Below, piece by piece: positions 22,103-32,195 of a stretch of 64,000 bases of DNA. The stretch is from Thecamonas trahens ATCC 50062 (taxonomy: Eukaryota; Protista; Apusomonadida): NCBI RefSeq assembly GCF_000142905.1, contig NW_013657650.1:1-64000 (forward strand), read 5' to 3'. The notes below the pieces were generated by a model. That model saw only the letters and a list, made by a program, of their open reading frames with translations. It was not told the origin of the DNA and searched no databases. The translations under genes and the position numbers were made by a program. Positions within the stretch are counted from its first letter, which is position 1; each line of letters begins with the position of its first letter.

Positions 22103-22481
22103 TCATCACCCATCACCCATCACCCATCACTGCCGCATCACTGCCCCATCACTGCTCCATCACTGCTCCATCACTTCCCCATCACTGCCGCCTCCCATCA
22201 CACATCACTGCCCCATCACTGCCGCATCACTGCCGCATCACTGCCCCATCACTGCTCCATCACTTCCCCATCACTGCCGCCTCCCATCACACATCACTGC
22301 TCCATCACTGCCCCATCACTGCTCCATCACTGCCCCATCACTTCCCCATCACTGCCGCCTCCCATCACACATCACTGCCCCATCACTGCCGCCTCCCATC
22401 ACACATCACTGCTCCATCACTGCCCCATCACTGCCCCATCACTGCCGCCTCCCATCACACATCACTGCCCCATCACTGCCG
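22103..22481. repeat. Complex minisatellite built from CATCACTGC(C/T)C units (about 11 bp) and a higher-order unit containing gcctcccatcaca
   Basis: Directly visible; lies between two divergent genes. Confidence 0.92.
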
Positions 22482-22610
22482 CCACTCTCCCTGCCACCGC
22501 CCGCCCACCGGCCCAACCTCCGGCGCCACTCGCCAGCCACCGCCACCACCACCACCACCGCCGCCGCCACCGCCACGCCTCTCTCACTCGGGCGGATTTA
22601 GGCGGGAAAG

Positions 22611-23711
22611 ATGTCTCTGACAACGGTGGACATTCTGGCCATGCTTGACGACAACTCTTTCTCCGACTCTGACGGAGAGCATACACCACATGACGTGCGG
22701 AGCTTTGCAGACTCTGTTCTCTCACATTCGCCATGCCTGAACCCTCCTCCGACTCCGCCTCCGCCGTCTGCCCGCCAACTGTCGTTTGCTCGCCGACTCG
22801 CCACTGCTCAGCCTTCTCTGCATCCACCGGCCCCCATCGCATCGACTCATTCCCGCCCTCCTCCACCGGCATGGTCTGTCGAGCCTCCTGCTCCACCTCT
22901 TCCTCCTCGCCAGGTCCTTGCCAGACCGGTGAGCTCGAGCGCGTGCGAGCCGTCTCCTGCTCATCGCCCGCCGGCACGGCCGCTGCCGGACTTTAGCCAC
23001 ATGCCCTCGCCACGACTCGCCCGAGACTCGTCACTCTCTGCGTCCTCGCCGCCGCAAGCGACCCTCTCGCCGGACTCGCGGCTGTTTGTCGAGACCGTGC
23101 TCGCCGGGCGGGCCAAGCCGTACTCAGGCGTCGGCGCCGGATCCGTGGTCCGCGTACCGTCGCCGTCGCCGTCGCACTCGCACTCGCCGGTGCGGTCTGT
23201 GGACCAACGTCACACACCGCGCTCGCCGCACTCGCCGATCTTCCTCCCGGCCGACCGCAAGCAGCCTCGGCCGTCGCCGCGGCCCGAGCCGGTTGCCCGC
23301 AGGCTGTCGCCGTCGCCGGCAAGTCGCCCGTCGCCGCCGGCAAAGGGTCGGCGAGGTAAGGGCGGTAAGGTGACGTCCAAAGAGGCAAAGCAGATGCTGG
23401 ACGAAGCCTTCTGGGCCGCCCTCTACCGTATCGACCATGCGGTCAAATCACTGCGGCTGACCGGATCCATCTCGCGGGCCGACGCCGTCCGGGTCCGCAA
23501 GTGGGTCGACAAGCTCTCTGCGCCGCTGTTCAACGTCGCCTGGCTCCGCAACCGCAACCTCCACGCCGCCGTCCTCGCCTCGATCCTCTCGTCGCACTCG
23601 ACATGTCCGGCCTCGCGCAACGGCCGCCTCTGGGTCGCGCCCTTTGACAAGCTGCCGTACGACGGCCCGCTCCGCGCCCTCCCGCGCCACATGCGCATGT
23701 ACGTTGTCTGA
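22611..23711 (+). CDS. Pro/Ser-rich protein with a C-terminal DUF4485-like (CEP112 N-terminal-like) domain
   Basis: LDEAF...RVRKWVDKL...WLRNRNLHAAVL...PFDKLPYDGPL matches the DUF4485 pattern as I recall it. Confidence 0.7.
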   Translation: MSLTTVDILAMLDDNSFSDSDGEHTPHDVRSFADSVLSHSPCLNPPPTPPPPSARQLSFARRLATAQPSLHPPAPIASTHSRPPPPAWSVEPPAPPLPPRQVLARPVSSSACEPSPAHRPPARPLPDFSHMPSPRLARDSSLSASSPPQATLSPDSRLFVETVLAGRAKPYSGVGAGSVVRVPSPSPSHSHSPVRSVDQRHTPRSPHSPIFLPADRKQPRPSPRPEPVARRLSPSPASRPSPPAKGRRGKGGKVTSKEAKQMLDEAFWAALYRIDHAVKSLRLTGSISRADAVRVRKWVDKLSAPLFNVAWLRNRNLHAAVLASILSSHSTCPASRNGRLWVAPFDKLPYDGPLRALPRHMRMYVV

Positions 23712-23911
23712 GCAGGGCTCGCTGCTGCACAGCTGGTATGCCTTCATTCAAAAAGAGGGGAATCTGTGAGTGATGAGGTTGGGGTCGGCCGAAAGGACGA
23801 CCCTCCAGGCGGCTCAACATGCGAGGTCGAGGCCCGGTCCTCGCCTTGGGCGCAGACAGCCCCCCGCGCTGCGGTCAGTCGACCGGAGTAAGCGTGGGTG
23901 TGTGGGGCTGT

Positions 23912-23978
23912 AGTGAGCTCGGAGCGCGTGCTCGCCGAGGGAAAAAGCTCGGTTGAGGGCACGGCTCGTCATGAGCGC
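23912..23978 (-). promoter_or_regulatory. Candidate eukaryotic SECIS element (type II) in the thioredoxin reductase 3' UTR
   Basis: Minus strand reads AUGA-CGAGCCGUGCCCUC-AA-CCGAG-CUUUUUCC-CUCGG-CGAGCACGCGCUC-CGAG: UGA/GA core, helix II, unpaired AA and an apical mini-stem. Helix I is not obvious. Confidence 0.72.
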
Positions 23979-24100
23979 GTCAAGGGGAGGAGGCCGGGGT
24001 GCGAGTCTCTGGCACACGGACGAGCTAATAAGCTAGCTCGGCCGTGCGTGTTGCCGGTGGGAGGGCCTGTGACGGCCGGGGGTTGCAGAACGCAACCCCC

Positions 24101-25820
24101 TTAACCTCAGCAGCCTGTGCGGAGCGCCGACTTGCCAGACGCTCGCGTGATCTCCATCGAGGTAAACTCTTCGGCGATGGTCGGGTGGATGCCGACGGTG
24201 GCATCAAACATAGCCTTAGTGGCGCCGGCCATGACGGCGATGCCGAGACCCTGGATGACCTCGCCAGCGTTGGGGCCGGCGTAATGGACGCCGATCACCA
24301 CGTCGTCGGCCTTGCGCACAATGAGCTTGGCGTAGACCTGGTTCTCCTCGCGGTGCGGAACGGTGTGCTCGAGAACCTGCGGATAGGTGTGGAAGACCTC
24401 GATGTTGTCGATGCCGTACTCGGCGGCCGCGTCCTCCTCCGAGAGGCCGACGGCGCCGTACTCGAGCGGAGTAAAGACCGCAGTCGGGATGTTGGTGTAG
24501 TTCATCAGCGTCGTCTTGCCGTCAAACAGCCGCGAGGCGAGCAGCCGGCCGGCGGCAATAGCCACCGGCGTCAGCTCGAGCTGGTCGATGACGTCGCCGA
24601 GCGCAAAGATCGAGTCGACGCACGTCGCCTCGGCCTCGTCCACCGCAATCTTCCCGGTCTTGGCGTCGGGCACAATGCCGACGTTCTCCAGCCCGAGGTT
24701 CGCCGTGTCAGCCTTGCGGCCGGTCGCAAACAGGACCGTGTCGTACTCCTCCTCCTCGGTCGTCCCGTCCGTCCGCGACTTGAGCACAACCTTGAGCTTG
24801 CCGCTCGCCTCGTCCTTGGCAATCGAGTCAACAACCACCGGCCGCTTGAACGTCGTCCCCTCGTGCTCCATGTACTTGCCGACCTTCTCGGCCATGCCCT
24901 GGTCAAAGCCGCGGAGCAGGATCGACCGCACCGCCACCGTCGTGTCGTACCCGAGCCCGGTGAGGAAGCCCGCGATCTCGAGCGCCACGTACGACGCGCC
25001 CACGCAGAGCGTCTTGCCCGGCGGGTCGAACCGCCAGAAGATGTCGTCAGACGTGATGGCGTGCTCCAGCGCGCCGGGCACGTCCTCAGGCACGTACGGC
25101 CGCCCGCCCACCGCAATCACAATGTACTTGGCAGAGTACAGCGTCTCCACCTTCTTCCGCGACACGCCCTTGACCGTGTGCGCGTCCACAATCGACCCGA
25201 GCTCGTTCTTGTAATCGATGCCCTCGTCGCGGAGCGCCGTCCGGTAGCCCCAGTTGAGCGAGCCGATGTGCGAGCCGACCGCGTCCACAAGCGTGTCCCA
25301 CGAGTGCTCAAGCCCGTCAGGCACAGACCACCCGTACGCCTTGGCATCGTCGGCTGCTCCCTTCAGCAGCGCCGCAGTGTGCATGAGCTTCTTCGGAATG
25401 CACCCCACGTTCACGCACGTCCCGCCCAGGCCCCACGCCGTGCCCTGCGGCGACGGCTTGACAAAGTCCAGAATCGCCACCTTGGCTCCGAGCTTGGCCG
25501 CCTGCCGCGCGCACGAGAGCCCTCCGGACCCTCCGCCCACAACAACGAGGTCATAGTCATACGACCCACCTACACCACCCATGCGTCCATACATTCAATG
25601 CACATGTGAGTTTGCCCCGGGCCCCCCCCCCCCCCCTCCCCCCCCCCCGCCAACCTCGCCATCAAGCGAGTCCAGGATCAAGATCACGATCAAGCCCAAG
25701 CCCGTCTGCGGAAAAAGGTCGCACTGCGCCGCGCCGTCCACCTCCCCCCCCCCTCCCCCCCCTCTCCACACACCACAGCCACAGCCACAGCCACATACCC
25801 TCAGAAGCAGATGCAGACAT
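24101..25820 (-). CDS. TXNRD: High-Mr (animal-type) selenocysteine thioredoxin reductase; exons 25820-25799 and 25569-24101; UGA at 24107-24109 read as Sec
   Basis: YDYDLVVVGGGSGG, GGTCVNVGCIPKK and GIHPTIAEEF; the C-terminus GGC TGC TGA GGT TAA is G-C-U-G-stop; GTATGT...GTAG intron in frame. Confidence 0.96.
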
Positions 25821-26491
25821 GGCCCTTTGCACAGAGACAAGTGCAAGTGGCTGGAGTTGGATACAGAGTCGGCTTGCTCTCTGCAGTGGTCCCAGAAGAC
25901 TCTTGCTGACAAACGTCTTGACTGGCTGCCGTGAGAGAGAATTACCAACCAAACTGGTCGATCATCCTATTTGTACAACGCTCGTTGATGGTTCGTCAAC
26001 CGCTATCCCAGCCGCATTGATTAAGCCACTCAATCACATTCATATTAATCAAAGGCTCGGTCTGCTTTCGCCTCGGCCGCTCGATGTCGTACACGTGCAT
26101 GGCCTCCAAACTCACACGCACACAAGCTCAATCTTCATGCTACGCTCTCTGTGTGTGAGGCTGTCCCTGCTATAGTGGCTCGCCCGCTGCAGCCGATGCA
26201 ACTGCTCGGTCCGACTCTGCGGCTAAATGTGAGCTCTGGCTGACGCCAACCATCGCTCCGAACGGCATGTGCCAGCCGAATCGGTGGCCGGCCAATGAGC
26301 GCGACTTGCGGGGGATGGACGTCGTGCTCGGCGGATCGGATCGGTGTAACACCAGCCAATGTGTCAGTCGGGGGAGGGGGGGGGGGGGGGCGGGGGAATC
26401 GGGAGAGTGGAGACCACTTCTGACGACCACCTTTCATGCCCACACCCATCTTGTAGTCGGCACATCGTCGACCTCAATATGATGATGGTTC

Positions 26492-27664
26492 ATGTACCGC
26501 TGGGGCCGTCGTATTCGCCGGACTCGTTCTCGTTGGTGCTCTGGCTTGGCTGGGGCGGTCAAGGGCGTCGATGCTGCTCCGCCGCGGGCCTCGCTCTGGT
26601 CGTCATCGCTCATCATTCTCTCCAAGCTCGCCGGCTTGCTGGATCTGGTGGCGGTACGACTCTCGCCAGACGTCTTTCTGGCCGATGGCATGGGCGATGA
26701 CGTGGTGTACGCCAAGGCCTTTGCACTCGGCCTGGAGAAGGGCCCAAACGTGGCGCCAGCAGAGCTCACCATCGAGCGCGAGGTGGCGGCCGCTCACGAC
26801 GGCGGCATCGCGACTGCGGTCGTCTCCTTCCGCTCGCCGGTTGCCGACCTTCTGGAGGAGGAGGCCAAGACGGCGCGGGCCGAGATCGTTGCGCCTGTGA
26901 CCGGCCCTCCGCCGCAGCGGCTCGAGGATCTGGTTGCCGGTGCCGATGTGGTCATCCACTGCCCAATGACCGGCGACATCGGGTTCTCCTTCCGCCGCAG
27001 GTCGTACGCACTGCCGCTGGCGACGAGCACCGGCGCGGTAAGCATCATACTGCAGATCGCGTTCTACGGGCCGCGCCGGCCAGCGAGCATGGGCGGGCGC
27101 TACGGGCTCCCGACCGTGGCGCATGTGGCATCGCAGGGCGCGGCTGTTTTTACCGAGGCCCGTGCCCTCGCCGAGTGGGCCCGCGCTGCCGGCTCCCGGA
27201 CCATCACCTACGCCGGAGTCTCGTTCGGCGGTGCGATGGCCTCCATGGCTGCCCTTCTTGATCCGCAGAGCCACGCCGTGATCTCGACCGTTGGCACCCA
27301 CTCACCGGCGCCGCCATTCTCTCAGGGCCTCCTGGCTCAAACCGTCGACTGGCCGGCCATCGGCGGACGGTACGGCCCGGTCGGACGCGCCCTGTGGGCC
27401 ATTTCCACAGACGCCATCCCGGCGCCGTCCACAAGTACCAGCTGCAAGCGCATCGCCCGCATCCTCTACGCTGCCGACGACAAGTACATTCCCCGCGAGG
27501 CCTCAGCTTCGCTCTACGATGCGCTGGGCGCGAGCTCAGCTACCGTGAGCCTCACCCGGGCCGCAATGCCCGGCGGCCACGGGTGGGCCATCATGTGCGC
27601 CCGTCGCCGCCACGTCGCCGCCATTGTCGACGCGGTTGCCGCCCAGCTTCAACTCGTCGACTAG
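26492..27664 (+). CDS. Alpha/beta hydrolase, ABHD18 (DUF2048)-like
   Basis: SFRSP, TGD.GF..RR, FYGPRRP, nucleophile elbow GVSFGG, ADDKYIPR and GGH. Confidence 0.78.
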   Translation: MYRWGRRIRRTRSRWCSGLAGAVKGVDAAPPRASLWSSSLIILSKLAGLLDLVAVRLSPDVFLADGMGDDVVYAKAFALGLEKGPNVAPAELTIEREVAAAHDGGIATAVVSFRSPVADLLEEEAKTARAEIVAPVTGPPPQRLEDLVAGADVVIHCPMTGDIGFSFRRRSYALPLATSTGAVSIILQIAFYGPRRPASMGGRYGLPTVAHVASQGAAVFTEARALAEWARAAGSRTITYAGVSFGGAMASMAALLDPQSHAVISTVGTHSPAPPFSQGLLAQTVDWPAIGGRYGPVGRALWAISTDAIPAPSTSTSCKRIARILYAADDKYIPREASASLYDALGASSATVSLTRAAMPGGHGWAIMCARRRHVAAIVDAVAAQLQLVD

Positions 27665-27670
27665 CCCGCT

Positions 27671-29302
27671 TCAATTGATCTCATCGTAGATGCCGTGCCT
27701 CAACGAGCGGCTACGGACGACAAGGTAAACGCCGACAACCGCGCCGACAATTGCCACGATGCCGACAACCACGCCGACAACCACGTATGTCGAGGTCTTG
27801 GACGGCGGCGACGACGGCGTCGGCGGGAGTGGCGGCACAGGGCCGACGGTCGGGCAGGTCGAGAGCGGGCCAAAGCCGACCCTGCCGGTATCCATCTCGT
27901 ACCTCACGTGGTAGTTGGAGAGCACCACATCGCCCATGATCGTGATCGGCGCGCTCTGGATGCCGTAAAAGTAGCCGATCCCGTCCGAGGTCGTGGACAC
28001 AGGGAGGAGGTACGCCGAGGGCGGAACAACGATGACCACATCGTCGCCGTCTCCCTCGGACGACACGGCGCCGGCATCCTGCGTAACGTTGACAGATGGT
28101 GGCGGCGGCGCGGGCACGCCCGTCGGCGGCGGCGGCGGCGAGGCAGTGCTAGGCGGTGGTGGTGGCGGCGCGGGCGCGACCGGCGGCGGCGACGGCGACG
28201 CCGATCGCGCCACCTTGATGGTGATGTCCGGAAACTGGGCAAACTGCTCGGGAGTGAGGACGATGACATCTCCATACACAAAAAGCGGGCCAGAGGCATC
28301 GCCGCACACGCCCTCGAGATCAAGCGTGTCACAGAGCGAGAGGAACGAGCCCCACACAGCCCAAAAAGCATCGTCCTGGAGAAGCCAGAGAGTGGTGCCC
28401 GAGTCGTAGATCGAGATGTTGCGGGTAAAGACCGCCGGGTCGACGTCAACCTCGACACCGCCGACGCCGAGCCCGGTCACGTTGCCGACGTACCATTTTT
28501 CGTTGATGATGGGCGTAAACTCAAAGTCATCGATCGAGTAGTTGCCCGGGCCATAGGTGACCGACGGGGCCTCGGCGTCGGTGCCGTAGGGGAGACAGTG
28601 CGAGAAGACGTGGTCGACAAGCCCGGCCTGAGCCATGGTGCTGAACGGGCTCGGTGCACCGAACGAAGAGAGACCAGAGTACGCCATGCCCTGGATGCCG
28701 GCAATGCCGTCCGGCAGCGAGTGCGGGTCAACTGAGATGACAATCGATCCGATCTGCGCCTTGCTGGCAAGCCCCGGCGCGAGCTCGACATCGTCCTCCA
28801 TGACATACCCGGCCCACTCGGTGCCATCTCCATACCCGTCGTCAAAGAGGCACTTGTTGCTATTCGGATCACAAATACATGACGGATCAACCGAGCACGG
28901 GACAGGCCTCCCGCTGCTCGACGTGTAGCCATGGACCAGCGTGTCGGACGAGCCGGTGTCAAAGATGACCCGATACGGCTTGTCGCCGATCACCGTCGTT
29001 GCAAAGTACGTGCCCGTGGCGAGGACAGAGCCTCCGAGCGGGACAGCTACGTTGGCTCCGTCACTACCATAACCATCATCCTTCAACTCGTACATCATCT
29101 TGCTCGCCGCCGCAGCAATGCCCTCTGCCCGCATCGCATGTGCCGCCCGAAATGTCGTCAAAGTGCCAACGCTCCGAACCTCCCGCCGACCCAGCCGAGT
29201 CGGGCCATCGCCAACTGCCGCCGCGCTCGCCACACACACAGCAAGCACCAGCCCAACTAGCCAAACCACACGCATCGCTCGCTGTTCCATCTCCGCTGCC
29301 AT
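27671..29302 (-). CDS. Type I membrane pepsin-family (A1) aspartic protease, BACE-like topology
   Basis: Signal peptide, DTGSS and DSGTT catalytic motifs, IMGD, RVGFG, C-terminal TM and a YDEI tail. Confidence 0.9.
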   Translation of the reverse strand: MAAEMEQRAMRVVWLVGLVLAVCVASAAAVGDGPTRLGRREVRSVGTLTTFRAAHAMRAEGIAAAASKMMYELKDDGYGSDGANVAVPLGGSVLATGTYFATTVIGDKPYRVIFDTGSSDTLVHGYTSSSGRPVPCSVDPSCICDPNSNKCLFDDGYGDGTEWAGYVMEDDVELAPGLASKAQIGSIVISVDPHSLPDGIAGIQGMAYSGLSSFGAPSPFSTMAQAGLVDHVFSHCLPYGTDAEAPSVTYGPGNYSIDDFEFTPIINEKWYVGNVTGLGVGGVEVDVDPAVFTRNISIYDSGTTLWLLQDDAFWAVWGSFLSLCDTLDLEGVCGDASGPLFVYGDVIVLTPEQFAQFPDITIKVARSASPSPPPVAPAPPPPPPSTASPPPPPTGVPAPPPPSVNVTQDAGAVSSEGDGDDVVIVVPPSAYLLPVSTTSDGIGYFYGIQSAPITIMGDVVLSNYHVRYEMDTGRVGFGPLSTCPTVGPVPPLPPTPSSPPSKTSTYVVVGVVVGIVAIVGAVVGVYLVVRSRSLRHGIYDEIN

Positions 29303-30083
29303 TGCAGAGTCGAGTGTGTCTCCCTTCTACTCCCCCAGGGGCAATGCTCGCTCGGCGACTTGCACGTGCCATCGCTCGAACCGAAAGACGTCCTGCTGCC
29401 GCTCTGCTGTCGTACTTTGTCCGGTGCGACTGACTGGGGGGAAGGGGAGGGGGGGGGGGGGGGGGGGGGGGGATGGCGGCAATATCTCGCTGTTGTGCCC
29501 AGGACAGGTCTCGGGCAGAGGCACGCGATGACTGGCTGTTTCAAGCAGCCTCGACGAAGAGGTGCAAGACTGATCACCGATCTCGATCTCGAAACAACTC
29601 TTATGAGCATACCAAGGCCAGAATCTCGCTCCACGCCCGCTGTACGGCACCATCTGCTGTTCGCTCTCCTTCATTGCATCCACCATCGCCGTCAGTTTGA
29701 CAAAGCCAACAAAAACACATACTTGACACGCGGCCGTATTTTTCTGCGATCTCTCATCTTTTTGCGAATCGTACCAGCCACCCTTTCCTCGCCCATCCCT
29801 GCCTCTCTAGACCAACCGTCCCCACCGCTACCCCTCTACCCCTCCTCCAACACCCCTTCCCTTCCCACGCTCGCTTTGATCTAACCCAGGAGCACATCCC
29901 CTTCCCTGCTGTCGCCATCACCAGCGCCCTCCGCCACCTGGCTGATCAAGCTGCGGATCGCAACCGACCGATGGAACGCGAGCGACAGAGCGGCAGAGCG
30001 CAGGCGAGGTTGTTCCCGGTCGCACGGGACGTCAACACCAGCACGCATCTCACTCTACCTCGCAGAGCAAAGAGCAAGAGACC

Positions 30084-32150
30084 ATGTCTAGCAAGTCGTT
30101 GAGCAAGGAGTCGAGCTGGGCAGAGCTTGCGGCAGGAGCTATGGCCAGTCGGCGACTCGACCGCGAGCGGGCACTGCTCCGGGCGAGGGAAAAGGCCGGC
30201 GAGGAGAGCGAGACAGACGCTGCGGTCATTGGCGATGCCGCCTTTGGTCATGATTCTGCTGCATCTGCTGATGATGCGTCATGGGAAGCCATCGAAGGTG
30301 CTTTTCTTCTGGTTCGCATCGCTCTCGAGGCAAAGCTGCCTGGCCACGCAGCGTTGGCCCTCTCGGTCGCCGACCGTGTTCCGTCGGCCCTGGAGCACCT
30401 TGAGCCGCGAGTCCGCTTTGCTGTCGCCGAGCTGATGGAGTTGCTGGCGAGCATTCTCGGCCTCGAGTTCTTCAACAACATGCTGCCATATCTGACCAAC
30501 TCGATTGTGACCAACTTTGAGCGCGATGAGGCGGCCGAGGCCAAGGAGGAGGCCCAGAAGGCCGAGGCTGTGGTGGATGCTGATGCGGCTGCGGCTGCGG
30601 GTGCAGCGGCAGCGGCGGGCGGGATGACCGAGAGCATGCCGGCCAAGCCCAAGGGCAAGCACGATACCGAGGGATGGAAGTCGCTGGAGACGTCGATGAA
30701 GGCGCTGCGGCACATGCTGGCCGGGCTCGGCGGTGACGCGCGGGAGGTTGTCAACAGCGAGCTCCTTGCGCTGCTGTTCAAGGCGCTGCGACACACGAAC
30801 CGGTTTGTGCGCGAGATCGGGTACCAGACCATCGACGCGTGCCTGCAGGCGTTTGAGGCCGCCGGGCAGGAGGCGAGTCTGGACCAGGCTGTGGCACTCG
30901 CGCCGGCGCTTGCCGAGCAGCTCGGGGTGGGCCTCGCCGACAACTGGTCACAGGTTCGGTTCGCGGCGTCGGTGGCGACGCGGACCTTTGCACTCCTCCT
31001 CAAGCAGTGGGCGCCAGAGAGCCTCGCGGCGGCGTACCCGATCCTGCTCCCGCGGATGTGCCTCAACCGGTACTACGTGGCGCAGGGCGTCAAGATTTAC
31101 TCGCTCGAGACGTGGCGGATGGTGACGGACGGCGAAGGACCGGCGCTTGTGGCGCGGTACATCGAGCCTGTGGTCGCGTTCTACATTGCCCAGTCCGAGG
31201 CCGACAACCACGCGGTCCGCGAGGCTGCGTGCTACTGCATCGCCGAGCTGGGGACCAAGATCGACCGCGACGCCCTGGTGTCGCACGTCCGGCCGCTCCT
31301 CGCCGCGCTCATTGTCTGCTTCCACGACCAGAGCTGGCCCGTCCGAGACACGGCGTGCACGGCGTCGGGCCAGTTTGTGGCTGCCTTTCCGGACGCGGTC
31401 GGCGACGAGCTGGAGGAGCTCTGGCACCTCTGGCTCGAGCATCTGTCGGACAACATTTGGAGCGTGCGCGAGAACGCAGCGGTGGCGCTCGGAGAGGTGC
31501 TGGGCGCGTACGGCGAGCCTGCGCTTGCGCGGCTTGTCGCTCACCTCGACGCCAACATGGCCGCGGTGGACAAGCAGCCGAGCGAGTCGCAGCTCCACTC
31601 AGGCCTCGACAACACGACGACGTTTGGCGTGGCCGCCGCCCGCTCGGCGCGGGCCAACGACCCGCAGCTTCACACCGACCAGGCCATGTTCTCATGCGGC
31701 TCGCTGGCGCCCAAGCTCAAGCGCGGCGCCGGGTGCATGGACCATGGCTTCCGCCGTCCGGCCGAGCCGTGGGAGTCGACCGACGGCTGCGTGTATCTGG
31801 TCCGCGAGGTGGCGAGCCGCGAGCCTGCCGTCGCTGCCCGCTACCTACCGGGACTCGCCCACGCCGCCTCGATTACCACATTTACCCACTGGACCTCGCT
31901 TGCCGAAACGGTGTGGAAGCAGCTGCCGGCGGTGCTGAAGAGCGTCGGCCCGGCCGCCGCCGTTGACTACCTCCCGGCCTTTGCCGCGCCGCTCAAGACT
32001 GTTGTCGAGCTCGGTACCCGCCTCGCCGCCCACACTGCAGCCTACGCCGTCGCCGACCTCATCGCCGACCTCGGCGCCGACGTCGTCACCCCGATCCTCG
32101 GCTCAGTCGAGGTGACGCCCGACGGGGGCGTTGTCCACAACGACCCGTAG
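30084..32150 (+). CDS. HEAT/ARM-repeat protein
   Basis: Repeated HEAT motifs: LEHLEPRVR, HTNRFVRE, DNWSQVRFAA, DNHAVREAA, DQSWPVRD, DNIWSVRENAA. Confidence 0.85.
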   Translation: MSSKSLSKESSWAELAAGAMASRRLDRERALLRAREKAGEESETDAAVIGDAAFGHDSAASADDASWEAIEGAFLLVRIALEAKLPGHAALALSVADRVPSALEHLEPRVRFAVAELMELLASILGLEFFNNMLPYLTNSIVTNFERDEAAEAKEEAQKAEAVVDADAAAAAGAAAAAGGMTESMPAKPKGKHDTEGWKSLETSMKALRHMLAGLGGDAREVVNSELLALLFKALRHTNRFVREIGYQTIDACLQAFEAAGQEASLDQAVALAPALAEQLGVGLADNWSQVRFAASVATRTFALLLKQWAPESLAAAYPILLPRMCLNRYYVAQGVKIYSLETWRMVTDGEGPALVARYIEPVVAFYIAQSEADNHAVREAACYCIAELGTKIDRDALVSHVRPLLAALIVCFHDQSWPVRDTACTASGQFVAAFPDAVGDELEELWHLWLEHLSDNIWSVRENAAVALGEVLGAYGEPALARLVAHLDANMAAVDKQPSESQLHSGLDNTTTFGVAAARSARANDPQLHTDQAMFSCGSLAPKLKRGAGCMDHGFRRPAEPWESTDGCVYLVREVASREPAVAARYLPGLAHAASITTFTHWTSLAETVWKQLPAVLKSVGPAAAVDYLPAFAAPLKTVVELGTRLAAHTAAYAVADLIADLGADVVTPILGSVEVTPDGGVVHNDP

Positions 32151-32195
32151 CCCGCGATGCAGTAGCCGTAAACCAGGAGTCACGCTTTGGCAGAG

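Noticed and set aside
22039-22620. CRISPR-like or coding interpretation of the CATCAC array
   Set aside because: No unique spacers, no cas genes, and a eukaryotic context; the ORFs are repeat translations.
24044-25609. Long antisense ORFs opposite TrxR, and similarly opposite ADCK, SMC6 and the integrins
   Set aside because: Expected shadow ORFs from strong GC3 bias; no independent motifs.
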